Of a DNA stretch of 64,000 nucleotides, positions 9,810 through 19,640 are shown piece after piece. Each line of letters starts with the position of its first letter. Position 1 is the stretch's first letter. A program made the position numbers and the translations under genes. The notes under the pieces are model-generated. The model saw only the letters and a program-made list of their open reading frames with translations. It made no database searches and was not told the DNA's origin. The stretch is taken from contig JBGSMD010000006.1 of NCBI GenBank assembly GCA_041740355.1, positions 64,001 through 128,000 on the forward strand. The letters run 5' to 3'. The stretch comes from Bdellovibrionota bacterium. Lineage in GTDB: Bacteria > Bdellovibrionota_C > UBA2361 > CALJRW01.

Positions 9810-10622
9810 ATGATCTTAAATTCTCTTTTTGACCGTAGTTCCTTTATTCTTGAAATGCAGAGCTTTGAAGGCCCAATCGATCTGCTCTTACACTTAGTAA
9901 AAAAACGCGAACTAGAATTAAATAAATTTTCCTTAGCCCAAGTTTGTGAACAGTATTTAGGTTATATCAATTTAGCTAAAGAGTTAGATCTCGATTTAGC
10001 AAGTGAATACTTAGTGATTGCTGCCACTCTAGTTTCAATCAAAAGTAACCTTCTTTTAAATAATCCAGTTGAATTTGTAGAAGATGAGGATGGAAATTTT
10101 GTCGATCTGCATGAAGAGTTACTCCGCATGTTAAGAGAGGCGGAAGTTTATAAGCAAGCTGTAAATCTAATCAGCAACAGTAAGAAAATTTTAGGGGATG
10201 ATGTTTTTGCCCCGGTATCAGCACTCGCTGATTTTGATGCTCCGGAAGAAGGTTTCATGGAACACGATTCTTATTTACTTGTGAAGGCTTTTAGAAAGGC
10301 ACTTTCTCGGATTAAAGATCAAAAAACTTATCAGATTGTTCTGGAGTCAGTTTCAATTGTAGAGAGAATGTCCTTGGTTTTAAGTTTCCTAGAAAAAACC
10401 CCACAGGTAGATTTCCAAGAACTGTTAGGTGAGTCATATACAAAGAGCCAATTAGTTGGTACCTTCTTAGCGTTATTAGAGCTGAGCAAGCGTCAAGTTA
10501 TTCGTGTTAGCCAAACTGACGACGTAATAACTCTAACCTTGGCTGGTCGAGCTTTCGATCAGTCTGAATCCTTAGATTCAGAATTTGACCAACAACTTGA
10601 GCCGATCAGTTTGAAAGCTTAA
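9810..10622 (+). CDS. scpA: Segregation/condensation protein A
   Basis: FEGPIDLLLHLV, ASEYLVIAATL..KS, VGTFLALLEL. Confidence 0.95.
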   Translation: MILNSLFDRSSFILEMQSFEGPIDLLLHLVKKRELELNKFSLAQVCEQYLGYINLAKELDLDLASEYLVIAATLVSIKSNLLLNNPVEFVEDEDGNFVDLHEELLRMLREAEVYKQAVNLISNSKKILGDDVFAPVSALADFDAPEEGFMEHDSYLLVKAFRKALSRIKDQKTYQIVLESVSIVERMSLVLSFLEKTPQVDFQELLGESYTKSQLVGTFLALLELSKRQVIRVSQTDDVITLTLAGRAFDQSESLDSEFDQQLEPISLKA

Positions 10623-10638
10623 TTTATTCGTAACTAAG

Positions 10639-11331
10639 ATGTCTGAAGAAAATAATCCAATCGAGACTCAGGATGTTGTAGAACAACCGGAAAATCAAAA
10701 TCAGTTTAATAGCAAAGAAGAAGTCGTTCCTGTTTTAGAAGCACTATTAATTGCACATGGTGAACCACTTTCCCTGAAGCAATTAGGTGCTGTTTTAGAA
10801 ACAAGTGACGACTTAATTAAAGAAGCACTGGATCTTCTCCAAGCTAGATATCAAGAAGATTTTTCTGGTGTGGAGTTAGCATTAATTGCTGAGCAATATC
10901 AAATTAGAACTAAAAATCTTTACAGCGCATATATTCAAAAACTAAAAGCCAGTAAGCCCAAAAAACTAAGCCCAGCAGCCCTCGAGACATTAGCTATTAT
11001 CGCCTATCGACAGCCTGTTGTTAAGTCGGAAGTTGAGAAGATTCGGGGAGTTGATGTCAGCCCAACACTAAAGACATTATTAGATCGAAAGTTGATTAAA
11101 ATTGCTGGGCAGCAAGCGACTCCCGGGCAGCCTTCACTGTATGCAACTACTGATGAATTTTTAAAAGTGTTTGGCCTAAGCTCACTGGCCGACTTACCAA
11201 ATCTAAGAGAAGTGGAAGAAATTGAAAACTCGGTGGGAGAGTTACTGGCAAATAGCTTAGAAGCTGTGGAGGATTTTGAAGAATCTTTATTGGAAGAGCC
11301 AACTCAGGAACAGACTGAATGTCAGGAGTAA
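10639..11331 (+). CDS. scpB: SMC-Scp complex subunit ScpB
   Basis: LSPAALETLAIIAYRQPV..IRGV, PGQPSLYATT..FL..FGL..L.DLP. Confidence 0.96.
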   Translation: MSEENNPIETQDVVEQPENQNQFNSKEEVVPVLEALLIAHGEPLSLKQLGAVLETSDDLIKEALDLLQARYQEDFSGVELALIAEQYQIRTKNLYSAYIQKLKASKPKKLSPAALETLAIIAYRQPVVKSEVEKIRGVDVSPTLKTLLDRKLIKIAGQQATPGQPSLYATTDEFLKVFGLSSLADLPNLREVEEIENSVGELLANSLEAVEDFEESLLEEPTQEQTECQE

Positions 11332-12092
11332 AATCTAAATTAGGGACAGGCAATACTGAAGCAATTGTCCGAATCCAAAAATATATTGCGGAATGTACTA
11401 ATATCTCTAGGCGACAAGCAGAAAGGCTAATTACTGAAGGTGAAGTGACCTTAAATGGTAAGATTGTCACCGAGCTTGGCACGAAGATGAATCCTGCAAG
11501 TGATAGTGTTAAAGTTAAAAATCAATTGTTACGTGCTCCAGAAAAGGGCCTGTTAATTCTACATAAGCCCTTACGTTTCATTACTAGCAGAGAAGATCCA
11601 GAAGGTCGTCCGACCGTATACGAATTGCTGACTCCAAAATATCGAGAATATATTACTGTCGGACGCCTTGACTATAACACTACGGGACTTTTAATTTTAA
11701 CTAACGATGGCGATTTAGCGAATCGTTTAATGCATCCGCGCTATGAATTTGTTCGGACTTATCAAGCCTTAGTAAAAGGATCGATGCCAGACGAAATCTT
11801 AAATAAAATCGAACGGGGAGTTCGCCTAGCAGATGGAAATATTATTGGAGAAGGAAGAATTGTCGCTCAAAAAGGCCCTAATACATTAATAAATTTAGAG
11901 CTTTCGGAAGGACGCAATCGGATCGTTCGGCGCTTAATGGCACATCTTGGCTACCCAGTGGTCGAGCTTAAGCGACTTTCTTACGGACCATTTCAGCTCG
12001 GAAGTTTAGCCGTGGGTAAATTTGAGAAGTTGAACCAGGGAGATTATGCCAGACTTCGGCGCCAGATTTTTGCAGAGAATCCAAGATCTTAA
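11319..12092 (+). CDS. rluB: rRNA pseudouridine synthase RluB/RsuA family
   Basis: S4 domain (RIQKYIA..SRRQAE), VGRLDYNTTGLLILTNDG, EGRNRIVRR; scpAB context. Confidence 0.92.
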   Translation: MSGVKSKLGTGNTEAIVRIQKYIAECTNISRRQAERLITEGEVTLNGKIVTELGTKMNPASDSVKVKNQLLRAPEKGLLILHKPLRFITSREDPEGRPTVYELLTPKYREYITVGRLDYNTTGLLILTNDGDLANRLMHPRYEFVRTYQALVKGSMPDEILNKIERGVRLADGNIIGEGRIVAQKGPNTLINLELSEGRNRIVRRLMAHLGYPVVELKRLSYGPFQLGSLAVGKFEKLNQGDYARLRRQIFAENPRS

Positions 12093-12161
12093 GTCAATAA
12101 AGATTAATTTTATACTAGTCTAAAAAGTTTTTTTACTTTAATATACTTAAAGTTAGCATAT

Positions 12162-12267
12162 CCGTTCACAAGGCAATAGGATTTTGTATTGCAAAGATTT
12201 GGAAGGAGATAACGCTGATTTATTCCTTGGTCAAAATCTGAACGATTTTGACCAGTAGTGTGAACGG
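12162..12267. repeat. MITE/REP-like element with terminal inverted repeats
   Basis: ccgttcaca..tgtgaacgg ends; inner hairpins gcaata/tattgc and tggtcaaaatc/gattttgacca. Confidence 0.5.
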
Positions 12268-12432
12268 CTAATGTCTCCACCCCCAATTTACTTTGTAAAT
12301 TAACCCCTTTTGTAGGGGTATTGTGGATAGATGTCTACCAAAACTAAAGTTAGCACTTTAGCTTCCTTTAGTAATCTTTAAGAATGCCCTAATTTTTATG
12401 GCGTTCCCTGTTCAAATTAACAATTTGTTGTT

Positions 12433-13794
12433 ATGAGTAATAATCTAAAGTTTGATTTTGATAAGCCGTTGGGTAACTTAAATAATTCCAGAGAGTCTGA
12501 AAATCTTGTAATCCAATGTCAGTATTGTGAAACTCGTTATTCCATTCCAAGTGAGAGTGTTGTTAATTCAGCAGCATCTAAATTTCATTGTTTTTCTTGT
12601 GATAATATTTTTGAAGTAGAAGTGGGGAGTAAAGTTCCACAGGCAGAAGCAGTAATCGAGCAAACGGGTTTTAATTTTAATTCAGAGTTAAAGTCTTCGA
12701 CGACCTCAAGCTTGCCATCTTTCCAAACAAAAGTGACAACTACTAACTTGTCATCTCCAAATCCAGCATCAGCTGTTTTACCTGCACCAGCATCAACAAA
12801 ACCTTCTTTTGGATTTAATTCTAGTCTCAAGGTGACCTCTGAGCCGCTTGTTGCTGTTCGAACTAAGAAAGAAGAATCCAGTGTCGCTGAGAAAATGAAT
12901 TTTGCGATTAGTAATAAAGCCCCCGATCTTTCAGCTCGTAATATAGATTCTAATCAACCACGCAAATCTTTTGTGTTTACTGAGTTTCAAAAATCCATTT
13001 CGAGTAAACCTGAGCTCCAACTACCAGAAGCAAAATCAAATTCTTCATGGATGGTTGGTTCTGAGTCAGCAGGGATAAAGTTACCAAATGTTTCGGTAAA
13101 GGGTTTGTTTGCTAAATTCTCTTTACCAAAAATTGATCCTAAAAAATTTACTAATAGCTTGCCCGATCTCTCCTTTCCAAAAATGTCCTTACCTAGTTTT
13201 TCTGCGCCACGATTTACATCAAAAAGATTCTCTTCCGAAAGTTTTGCAAAGCTTAATCCGGGACGTGCCAATTTTGGAGCATCAACAAGATTGATGGTTT
13301 TAGTTGCTCCGATTTTGTTAGTGTTAATATTGTTATATTTATTGACTAGTATTATTTTAACCTCTCCTCAAAGTTTTTCTGGTTACTTTGGATTCGCTAC
13401 GCAATCTTCCCGAAGTTATCCACTTCCCGGTGTTGGAGTAAAAAGCCTAGAATTAAAACTTGTTAAGTTAGACAATGGGGAAAATTTGCAGCTACTTACA
13501 GGGGAGTTTTATAATAACAGTACTAAGTCGATTAATAATCCAGTAATTGAAGGTGTATTGTTTGATACTAAAGGACAAGTTCTCTCTCGTTCTTTACACA
13601 CCCTTGATAAAGATATTTCTAAGGTTCAATATGCTTCGTTAGACCGTAAAACCCTAACTGAATTGCCTATCTCTAAAGAAAAGGATAAGTTTGTTCTGTT
13701 ACCTAATCAGAAACAAAGCTTTTCTTTTGCTTTGTCCACTGATTCTGAAATCCAGCCGACATATTATGCTGGAAGAGTTTATTCAATAAGTTAA
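12433..13794 (+). CDS. Zinc-ribbon (MJ0042-type) / TM / DUF3426-like protein
   Basis: IQCQYCETRY..FHCFSCDNIF; long Ser/Pro-rich linker; one TM; C-terminal LTGEFYNNS..PVIEGVLFD. Confidence 0.75.
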   Translation: MSNNLKFDFDKPLGNLNNSRESENLVIQCQYCETRYSIPSESVVNSAASKFHCFSCDNIFEVEVGSKVPQAEAVIEQTGFNFNSELKSSTTSSLPSFQTKVTTTNLSSPNPASAVLPAPASTKPSFGFNSSLKVTSEPLVAVRTKKEESSVAEKMNFAISNKAPDLSARNIDSNQPRKSFVFTEFQKSISSKPELQLPEAKSNSSWMVGSESAGIKLPNVSVKGLFAKFSLPKIDPKKFTNSLPDLSFPKMSLPSFSAPRFTSKRFSSESFAKLNPGRANFGASTRLMVLVAPILLVLILLYLLTSIILTSPQSFSGYFGFATQSSRSYPLPGVGVKSLELKLVKLDNGENLQLLTGEFYNNSTKSINNPVIEGVLFDTKGQVLSRSLHTLDKDISKVQYASLDRKTLTELPISKEKDKFVLLPNQKQSFSFALSTDSEIQPTYYAGRVYSIS

Positions 13795-13798
13795 AGAA

Positions 13799-13999
13799 AT
13801 GTTTGGATTAAGTGTTACTGAATTAGCAATGATCGTAGGCGTTGTTGTTCTATTATTTGGTTCTAGAAAATTACCGGAATTAGGATCAGGCTTAGGAAAA
13901 GCAATCAGCAATTTTCGTCATTCTTACAAAGCTTCTGAGGCAATAGATATTACCCCCAAAGAAGAAGAAAAAACAGACGACAAAGATAAACAGAAGTAA
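13799..13999 (+). CDS. tatA: Twin-arginine translocase TatA/E
   Basis: MFGLSVTEL..LLFGSRKLPELGSGLGKAI.NFR. Confidence 0.95.
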   Translation: MFGLSVTELAMIVGVVVLLFGSRKLPELGSGLGKAISNFRHSYKASEAIDITPKEEEKTDDKDKQK

Positions 14000-14730
14000 T
14001 GCCTTACTTAGTAGGTAAAAATTCTATTATTGAGTTACTAAAAGCTCAGCCTTCACGTATTAAAAAAATCCATTGTTCTTTAGATTTAGGCAAATCATAT
14101 AACTCCCTGCTTGCTGAGTTAATTAATCAGAATTCAATCAAAGTTCTGAGTCAAGATAAGTTTGCTCTAGATCGCTTAGCCCCCAATAGTCAACACCAAG
14201 GAGTAGTTGCTGAAATAACGGAGCGAAAAATTTATAGCTTATCGGAGTATTTAAATACGGCACGAAACCAACATGAACTAATTTTAATTTTAGATCAGAT
14301 TAGCGATCCACATAACTTTGGTGCAATCTTGCGCGCCGCGGAGTGTTTTGGTGTATCAGCAGTACTTTGGAGTAATGTCCGTAATTCAGGTATCACCGAT
14401 GTTGTGACTAAAGTTTCGGTCGGTGCTTCGGAATTAGTTAATTTAATTCAAGTTACTAATATTTCTCAAGCACTTAAAGAATTGAAGAAAAATAATTTTT
14501 GGATCGCGGCAACTGCCATTGATGAAGGGGCTGAACCGATTCAGAAATTCAAATTTCCTGAAAAGACCGCATTAATCTTAGGATCTGAGGGTGAGGGTAT
14601 TAAGCATATCTTATTAGAAAATTCAGACTTTAAAGTTTACTTACCAATGTACGGTCAGATTGATTCATTAAATGTCTCTCAAGCTGCCGCAGTATTTCTA
14701 ACCTATTGGCGTGATGCCATCGCCTCTTAA
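13999..14730 (+). CDS. rlmB: 23S rRNA Gm2251 methyltransferase
   Basis: HQGVVA, LDQISDPHNFGAILRAA, LGSEGEG, IDSLNVS. Confidence 0.93.
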   Translation: MPYLVGKNSIIELLKAQPSRIKKIHCSLDLGKSYNSLLAELINQNSIKVLSQDKFALDRLAPNSQHQGVVAEITERKIYSLSEYLNTARNQHELILILDQISDPHNFGAILRAAECFGVSAVLWSNVRNSGITDVVTKVSVGASELVNLIQVTNISQALKELKKNNFWIAATAIDEGAEPIQKFKFPEKTALILGSEGEGIKHILLENSDFKVYLPMYGQIDSLNVSQAAAVFLTYWRDAIAS

Positions 14731-14750
14731 TTACTGAAAGGCTAAAAGAA

Positions 14751-15134
14751 TTAATTTAGTTCAACGGCAACTAATAATTTTCTAACTTCGCTCAGTAATA
14801 TATCCGGTTTGCATGGTTTAACTAGGACGCTGTTACAACCAGCACTGATTGCTTCTTGATGAATCTCTTCTTCGTCCATTGCGGAAAATGCAATAATTGG
14901 ACATTTAACTCCCAGGGTTCTCAGTCGTTTTACTGTTTCAGTTCCTGATAATTTTGGCATCATCAGATCCATCACAATTAAATCGGGATGATCCTTGTTC
15001 TTTTCCAGCTCACTTATAGCTAGGAGTCCATTAATCGCCTGATCTACCTGAAAACCATCATTTTCAAATAGTATTTGAATTAGATCTAATTGAGATACGT
15101 TATCATCCACTAGTAAAATCCGTTTTCTTTTCAT
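14751..15134 (-). CDS. Single-domain response regulator (CheY-like)
   Basis: ILLVDDN, DLIVMDLMMP, KP. The ORF track labels it +, but the sequence has cat at 15132-15134 and tta at 14751, so it is on the minus strand. Confidence 0.93.
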   Translation of the reverse strand: MKRKRILLVDDNVSQLDLIQILFENDGFQVDQAINGLLAISELEKNKDHPDLIVMDLMMPKLSGTETVKRLRTLGVKCPIIAFSAMDEEEIHQEAISAGCNSVLVKPCKPDILLSEVRKLLVAVELN

Positions 15135-15481
15135 AATTGCCTTATCTAAAAGATGCCATTCTAAGATGCCTACTTAACTGAAACCTGTTCAAGCCTAGTG
15201 TCCTCACCAGATTAATATGCTAGATTTATCATATTTTAGATAGAGATCTGAATGATTTGGAAACACGATTTGTTTTTTGTTCAGTAGTCCGAAAGTTACA
15301 CATAAGCTAAAAATAACGTTGAATTCTTATTTTTAGCATTTTACAATCTTTTTTGTAACATTTAATAAGTTATCTTAATCATAGTAAGAGCAGCAGGGTG
15401 ATTTGAAATGAAAACCTGAAGGTTGCTGATTATTTTTTCAGATGAAAGCTGAAAAATTCGCTAACGCAAAGTTGAACAAAT

Positions 15482-16936
15482 ATGTTTGCTATAGATATTT
15501 TACCTTTAGTTGATTCCGAGCATCATTTGCCTGAAAGGTTTTTTCGTGGGCAACCATCTGTGATCATTGGCAGTGATCTTGAATGTCAGTTGCAACATCC
15601 CTTATTGAGAAATTTAAATTTTAACGTTTTAATTCAGAAGTTAGCTGGAAGTCAGTTTGAATGTCGCCAAATTTTTCATGAAAATTCTGATCGGGTTGGT
15701 TTTCAAGATATTTACGAATCTACTGCTAAGCTTAATCTTGGAACTGTCAAGATTCTGATAACAAGTATTGATGCTGATTTACTAGTCAAGGAGAACGAGG
15801 CTCCGGATCAAGCAGGCTATCGCTTGTTAAAACAGGCCGTCACTTCACAACTTACGACATTTCCCGCCTTAGAAATTAATAAACCATATAAAGCTGTAGT
15901 TTCTTTCAATCCCGATCAAGTACTAACTGTTGGTCGAGCGGATTATCATCATTTAGTGATTGAACAGTTCGATGTTTCTTCCGATCATGCCAGATTTGGC
16001 TTTGCAAATAATAAATATTGGGTTGAGGATTTAGGTTCTACCAATGGAACCTTTCTTAATAATCAACAAGTCTCTGGGAAGATATTTTTCGAACCGGGAG
16101 ACTCTGTTTTACTTGGAGCTAGCACAAAGATCACGGGATTGAAAAAAGTTGTTCAAAAAATAGTGGAGTCAGTGATTCCAGAACAAGTTTCAGTTAATAT
16201 CCCTCAAGAATCAGATCAATTACAGACCAACTCGTTACAAACATCTTATCCTGAGACTGAAGTGGAAGATCATCTTCCGACGGAAGAGCTTTCACTATCA
16301 CGGGTAGAAGAACTATTGGTCGATGTCCGTTATCCAGTATTGCTGGCTGTCAATAAGATTGCTCGTCCAGGGCGTTTAATTTTAAAGAAAGATCAAACTG
16401 TTTTAATTGGTCGTGATGCAAAATCAGATTTATGGCTAGGGGCACCCTATGTTTCTCGTGAGCATAATCAAATAACTTATTTAGGGGATGGTGAAATTCG
16501 AATTCAAGATCATAGTTCTAATGGTACTGCATATTCCGAAGGTATGATTCCGGCTGGCGGCGAATTACTTGTTAGTAATAAGTCTGAGATTTTACATTAT
16601 GGTTCTGGTTTAGCAGTTGCACTATGTTTTAACCAAGAAGACGAAGAAATATTTGTAGCTTCTGGTGGTCGTGCCGATGCTTTTATAGAAAATTTGCCAA
16701 CACCAATCAAGGAGCAAGTTTCTCCGCTGATGGCACCAAAGACTGCTACTTCCTCGAAAGAGAAGACATACCGTCCGTTACGTTCAAATGACGTTGTAAA
16801 AAATGGAGTAGTAGGAAAAATTCTTTATCGCTTCCTCAGTTTTGACATAAAAAGAAAGGTTTTCATTTGTTGTTTAAGCCTGCTAGTCATTGCGATATTT
16901 GTCTTATTAATATCAATAATCTTAACGTTTTTGTAA
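15482..16936 (+). CDS. Multi-FHA domain protein with C-terminal membrane anchor
   Basis: VGR..VSSDHA..EDLGSTNGTF and IGR..VSREH..QDHSSNGT FHA domains, a degenerate FHA-like N-terminus (IIGS), and a hydrophobic C-terminal TM. Confidence 0.85.
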   Translation: MFAIDILPLVDSEHHLPERFFRGQPSVIIGSDLECQLQHPLLRNLNFNVLIQKLAGSQFECRQIFHENSDRVGFQDIYESTAKLNLGTVKILITSIDADLLVKENEAPDQAGYRLLKQAVTSQLTTFPALEINKPYKAVVSFNPDQVLTVGRADYHHLVIEQFDVSSDHARFGFANNKYWVEDLGSTNGTFLNNQQVSGKIFFEPGDSVLLGASTKITGLKKVVQKIVESVIPEQVSVNIPQESDQLQTNSLQTSYPETEVEDHLPTEELSLSRVEELLVDVRYPVLLAVNKIARPGRLILKKDQTVLIGRDAKSDLWLGAPYVSREHNQITYLGDGEIRIQDHSSNGTAYSEGMIPAGGELLVSNKSEILHYGSGLAVALCFNQEDEEIFVASGGRADAFIENLPTPIKEQVSPLMAPKTATSSKEKTYRPLRSNDVVKNGVVGKILYRFLSFDIKRKVFICCLSLLVIAIFVLLISIILTFL

Positions 16937-16994
16937 TTTTTGTAATTTTTGTGATTTTTGGTGTTAATCGCACCTTTTGATGCAAAAATTCCAC

Positions 16995-17021
16995 TAAAGT
17001 TTCTAAATAGAGAGTCGATAT
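16995..17021 (+). promoter_or_regulatory. Sigma28 (FliA)-type promoter
   Basis: TAAAGTTT-N11-GTCGATAT versus consensus TAAAGTTT-N11-GCCGATAA (14/16). Confidence 0.7.
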
Positions 17022-17195
17022 TCTAAATAGCCAAACGATGTTAAGAGGCGTTTCATAATCTTTCCTAGTAAGGGTTAGTTATGATTAGCAATTGAAAAGA
17101 TAGATTTTTTGTCACCAATGAAAGTTTTTATTTTGCAGATTACTGCTGCAAAATTTACTTAGTGGCATTGTTAGCTTAATTTTATAATATTAAAT

Positions 17196-18263
17196 ATGTC
17201 AGCAGATAGTACAGAATTAACTTTTATTAGATGTTCATCATGTCGTAGCTTAGTGCCCGCAATGTCTACACGTTGTCGTATGTGTGGCGCAGATTTGCAA
17301 GCTAAGAAACCAACAGCTACTCCCGAGGCAACAGCCCCCAAGGAGAAAATTGAAGCAAAAGCACCAGCGATAGTTGCCAGCACGGAATTAGATCCCTTGA
17401 ATGAATTTTTAAGTGAAGAAGATCAATTCGATGATGTTGATATTGTTGATGATCAATTAGAAGCTTCAGATAAAGAATCTGATGAAGAATTCTCCGCTGG
17501 CAATCCTTCTGAATTTAGGGATGACTTTGAGGATGATTTTGATGAGGAACAAGCTATCAAAGAATTAGATAGTTTATTAGAAGAATTAAATGCGACTTCA
17601 GTTGCCACGGCAGTACCTATTCCAGTGGTTGCAACTCCTGTAGTACCAGTTGTAACTAAAGCAACAAAGTCTGAGCTGATTGATGTTTTAGAGCCAAAAG
17701 TTGTTCCGAAAAAAACCGAGACGAAAATCGAACCTGTCAAAGTTATGACTCCGGTTGCAGCTTCAGTAATTCCGCAAAATTTTAGTTCACCTGAACCAAA
17801 AATTCCAACAAAAGCTGAGATTAAAGAAGATATTATAAAAGAGGAGAATATTATGGAAAAAGAATTAAGAGCAGTGGAGAGTAAGGTAACTTCCATTAAG
17901 TCTGCTGGTATTAAACAACAACCTGATAAGCAAACAGCTTTATTCGGCTGGTTTGTTAGTTATCAAGAAGCGGTGGGCGTTTCTCGTGAAATTCGCGAAG
18001 GTAAATTTTTTGTTACCGCAAAAAGTTTAAAACCAAATGACCTAATTATCGAAGATGATAGTGTGTCTACGCCCCATGCGATGATTACAGTAAGTCATGA
18101 ACTTGGCTTTCAAATTCAAGATTTAATGAGTGAACATGGGTTGTATATAAAAAAACATGGATCTAAGAAGTATGAAGTGATTGATGATATTGAAGTTGTG
18201 GAGAATGGGGACTGGATTAGGTTCGGTAATATAGAATTCATGGTAGTAATAATGCCCGTCTAA
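17196..18263 (+). CDS. Zinc-ribbon / acidic linker / FHA domain protein
   Basis: CSSC..CRMCG N-terminus, D/E-rich middle, C-terminal VSTPHA..QDLMSEHG..DWIRFG FHA-like domain. Confidence 0.8.
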   Translation: MSADSTELTFIRCSSCRSLVPAMSTRCRMCGADLQAKKPTATPEATAPKEKIEAKAPAIVASTELDPLNEFLSEEDQFDDVDIVDDQLEASDKESDEEFSAGNPSEFRDDFEDDFDEEQAIKELDSLLEELNATSVATAVPIPVVATPVVPVVTKATKSELIDVLEPKVVPKKTETKIEPVKVMTPVAASVIPQNFSSPEPKIPTKAEIKEDIIKEENIMEKELRAVESKVTSIKSAGIKQQPDKQTALFGWFVSYQEAVGVSREIREGKFFVTAKSLKPNDLIIEDDSVSTPHAMITVSHELGFQIQDLMSEHGLYIKKHGSKKYEVIDDIEVVENGDWIRFGNIEFMVVIMPV

Positions 18264-18266
18264 AAA

Positions 18267-18424
18267 GTACAACCCAGCTTTTGGCGAATCTCGAATTTAA
18301 AACTAAGCTAAATTACTTCCCGCGGCGCCCTCTGGGCTTTGGGGGACAAGCAGCTGTACTCCAAGTACAGCTGCTTGTTTACCTTAGTTTAAAATCCGAC
18401 CTTCACTCAAAATCTGAATGGTAC
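18267..18424. repeat. MITE-like element with ~46-bp imperfect terminal inverted repeats
   Basis: gtac-ended arms pair along their length; internal perfect 15-bp stem acaagcagctgtact-cca-agtacagctgcttgt (18346-18378). Confidence 0.65.
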
Positions 18425-18555
18425 GGAATGCACACCAAACTTCTTTATGATTATATGGAGATAATCTGATTTTAATAGCTATCAGTTAATAACCAAAAGT
18501 AGAGAGTTTCAAAATCAGTGTGCTTATGTAAGAATAGCGGTAAGCTTAAAATCAA

Positions 18556-19398
18556 ATGAAAATAATTAAACTTACTTTTTTACTATTAATTCTTCTTTTT
18601 ACTAGTAGCTGTCGTGACGTCCAAGTCGCTGAAAATATTAATCAGTACCAGGCACATCAAATTATCAATAAGTTAAACTCAGCGGGAATAGACTCCAAGT
18701 ATTTTGCCAGCAATAACGGCAAATCTTATTCAGTTTCCGTGACCCAAAGAAATTATTTACCAGCAGTGGGAATTATTGCTTCTTCCGGAATTTTACCCAA
18801 GGTTGATTCAGATTTTAAAGAATTAACCGAGCCTAAAGGGTTCTTATCAAGCAATAAATCTTTTGATTTATTAAGACTAGACCGTGCTATCGCTGTAGAG
18901 TTGGAAGATGCTCTGCTAGGAGTTCCAAGTATCACCAACGCAAAGGTTGTTGTCCGTTTAAATAGTTTACCTGAAAACCAAATGCCCTCTGTCTCGATTA
19001 TTGCTGGAACACGTGATCAACAAACTGATCTTAGTTACATTACAGATTTAGTAAAAAATGCTATTCCCGGAATCCAAGACGATCATATTAAGCTAATCAT
19101 AGAGCGACTACCTGAATCTGAAGCTGATTTTTCGCTGATTGGAACAACACAGGCTCAGGGGAAGTTGTTGGCTGTCCCCTTAGTTCCGTTTTTAATCTGG
19201 CAGGTCCCTGCCGGGGTTGAATTAGAATTAGCTTGGACGGCAATTATAATTCTGATTTTTGCATTACTAGTGGGTTATTTTTTTGCAACACTTTTTCGTA
19301 AGCCGAAGTCTCGCGAACGTAATTCACTAAGTTTGCCAGAGTCAAGCTCTTTAGCGATAGGATTACAAAAAGATTTGAATGAGGAGGATTTTCGATGA
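18556..19398 (+). CDS. sctJ: Type III secretion inner-ring lipoprotein SctJ (YscJ/PrgK family)
   Basis: Lipobox TSSC, QAHQIINKLNSAGI, GILP, AIAVELEDAL..ITNAKV, PSVSI, LVKNAIPGI..IKL, C-terminal TM. Confidence 0.85.
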   Translation: MKIIKLTFLLLILLFTSSCRDVQVAENINQYQAHQIINKLNSAGIDSKYFASNNGKSYSVSVTQRNYLPAVGIIASSGILPKVDSDFKELTEPKGFLSSNKSFDLLRLDRAIAVELEDALLGVPSITNAKVVVRLNSLPENQMPSVSIIAGTRDQQTDLSYITDLVKNAIPGIQDDHIKLIIERLPESEADFSLIGTTQAQGKLLAVPLVPFLIWQVPAGVELELAWTAIIILIFALLVGYFFATLFRKPKSRERNSLSLPESSSLAIGLQKDLNEEDFR

Positions 19399-19640
19399 GC
19401 CCAGAGAATCAAGGAATGGTTTTCAATAAATTAGCTCCAGAGCAACAAGCTTTAGTCGCAATAGCTGTCTTGCTTGACGGTTTTGATAGTCCCTTTTTTT
19501 TAGGAGAGGATTTTAAGTTTGAGGATCAATTGCGGAAGGCCGCAGAAGAAATTGTAAAAGATGCTCCTGCGCAAAGGTTGCCATATGTGGCAACGTTACT
19601 GCGTCGAGCTTTAAATGAGTTAAGGAATCAAGATGAGTGA
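19395..19640 (+). CDS. Small helical protein, FliG N-terminal/SctK-like (tentative)
   Basis: KLAPEQQALVAIAVLLDG resembles the FliG N-terminal helix; translationally coupled between sctJ and the FliM/SctQ-like gene. Confidence 0.4.
   Translation: MSPENQGMVFNKLAPEQQALVAIAVLLDGFDSPFFLGEDFKFEDQLRKAAEEIVKDAPAQRLPYVATLLRRALNELRNQDE

Noticed and set aside
14751-15134. ORF track strand label + for the response regulator
   Set aside because: The listed protein is encoded by the reverse complement (cat at 15132-15134, tta at 14751).
15385-15481. Hairpins and acgcaaag upstream of the FHA gene as a c-di-GMP-I riboswitch
   Set aside because: The GGCAAA..GAAA P2 arrangement and P1 pairing are not present.
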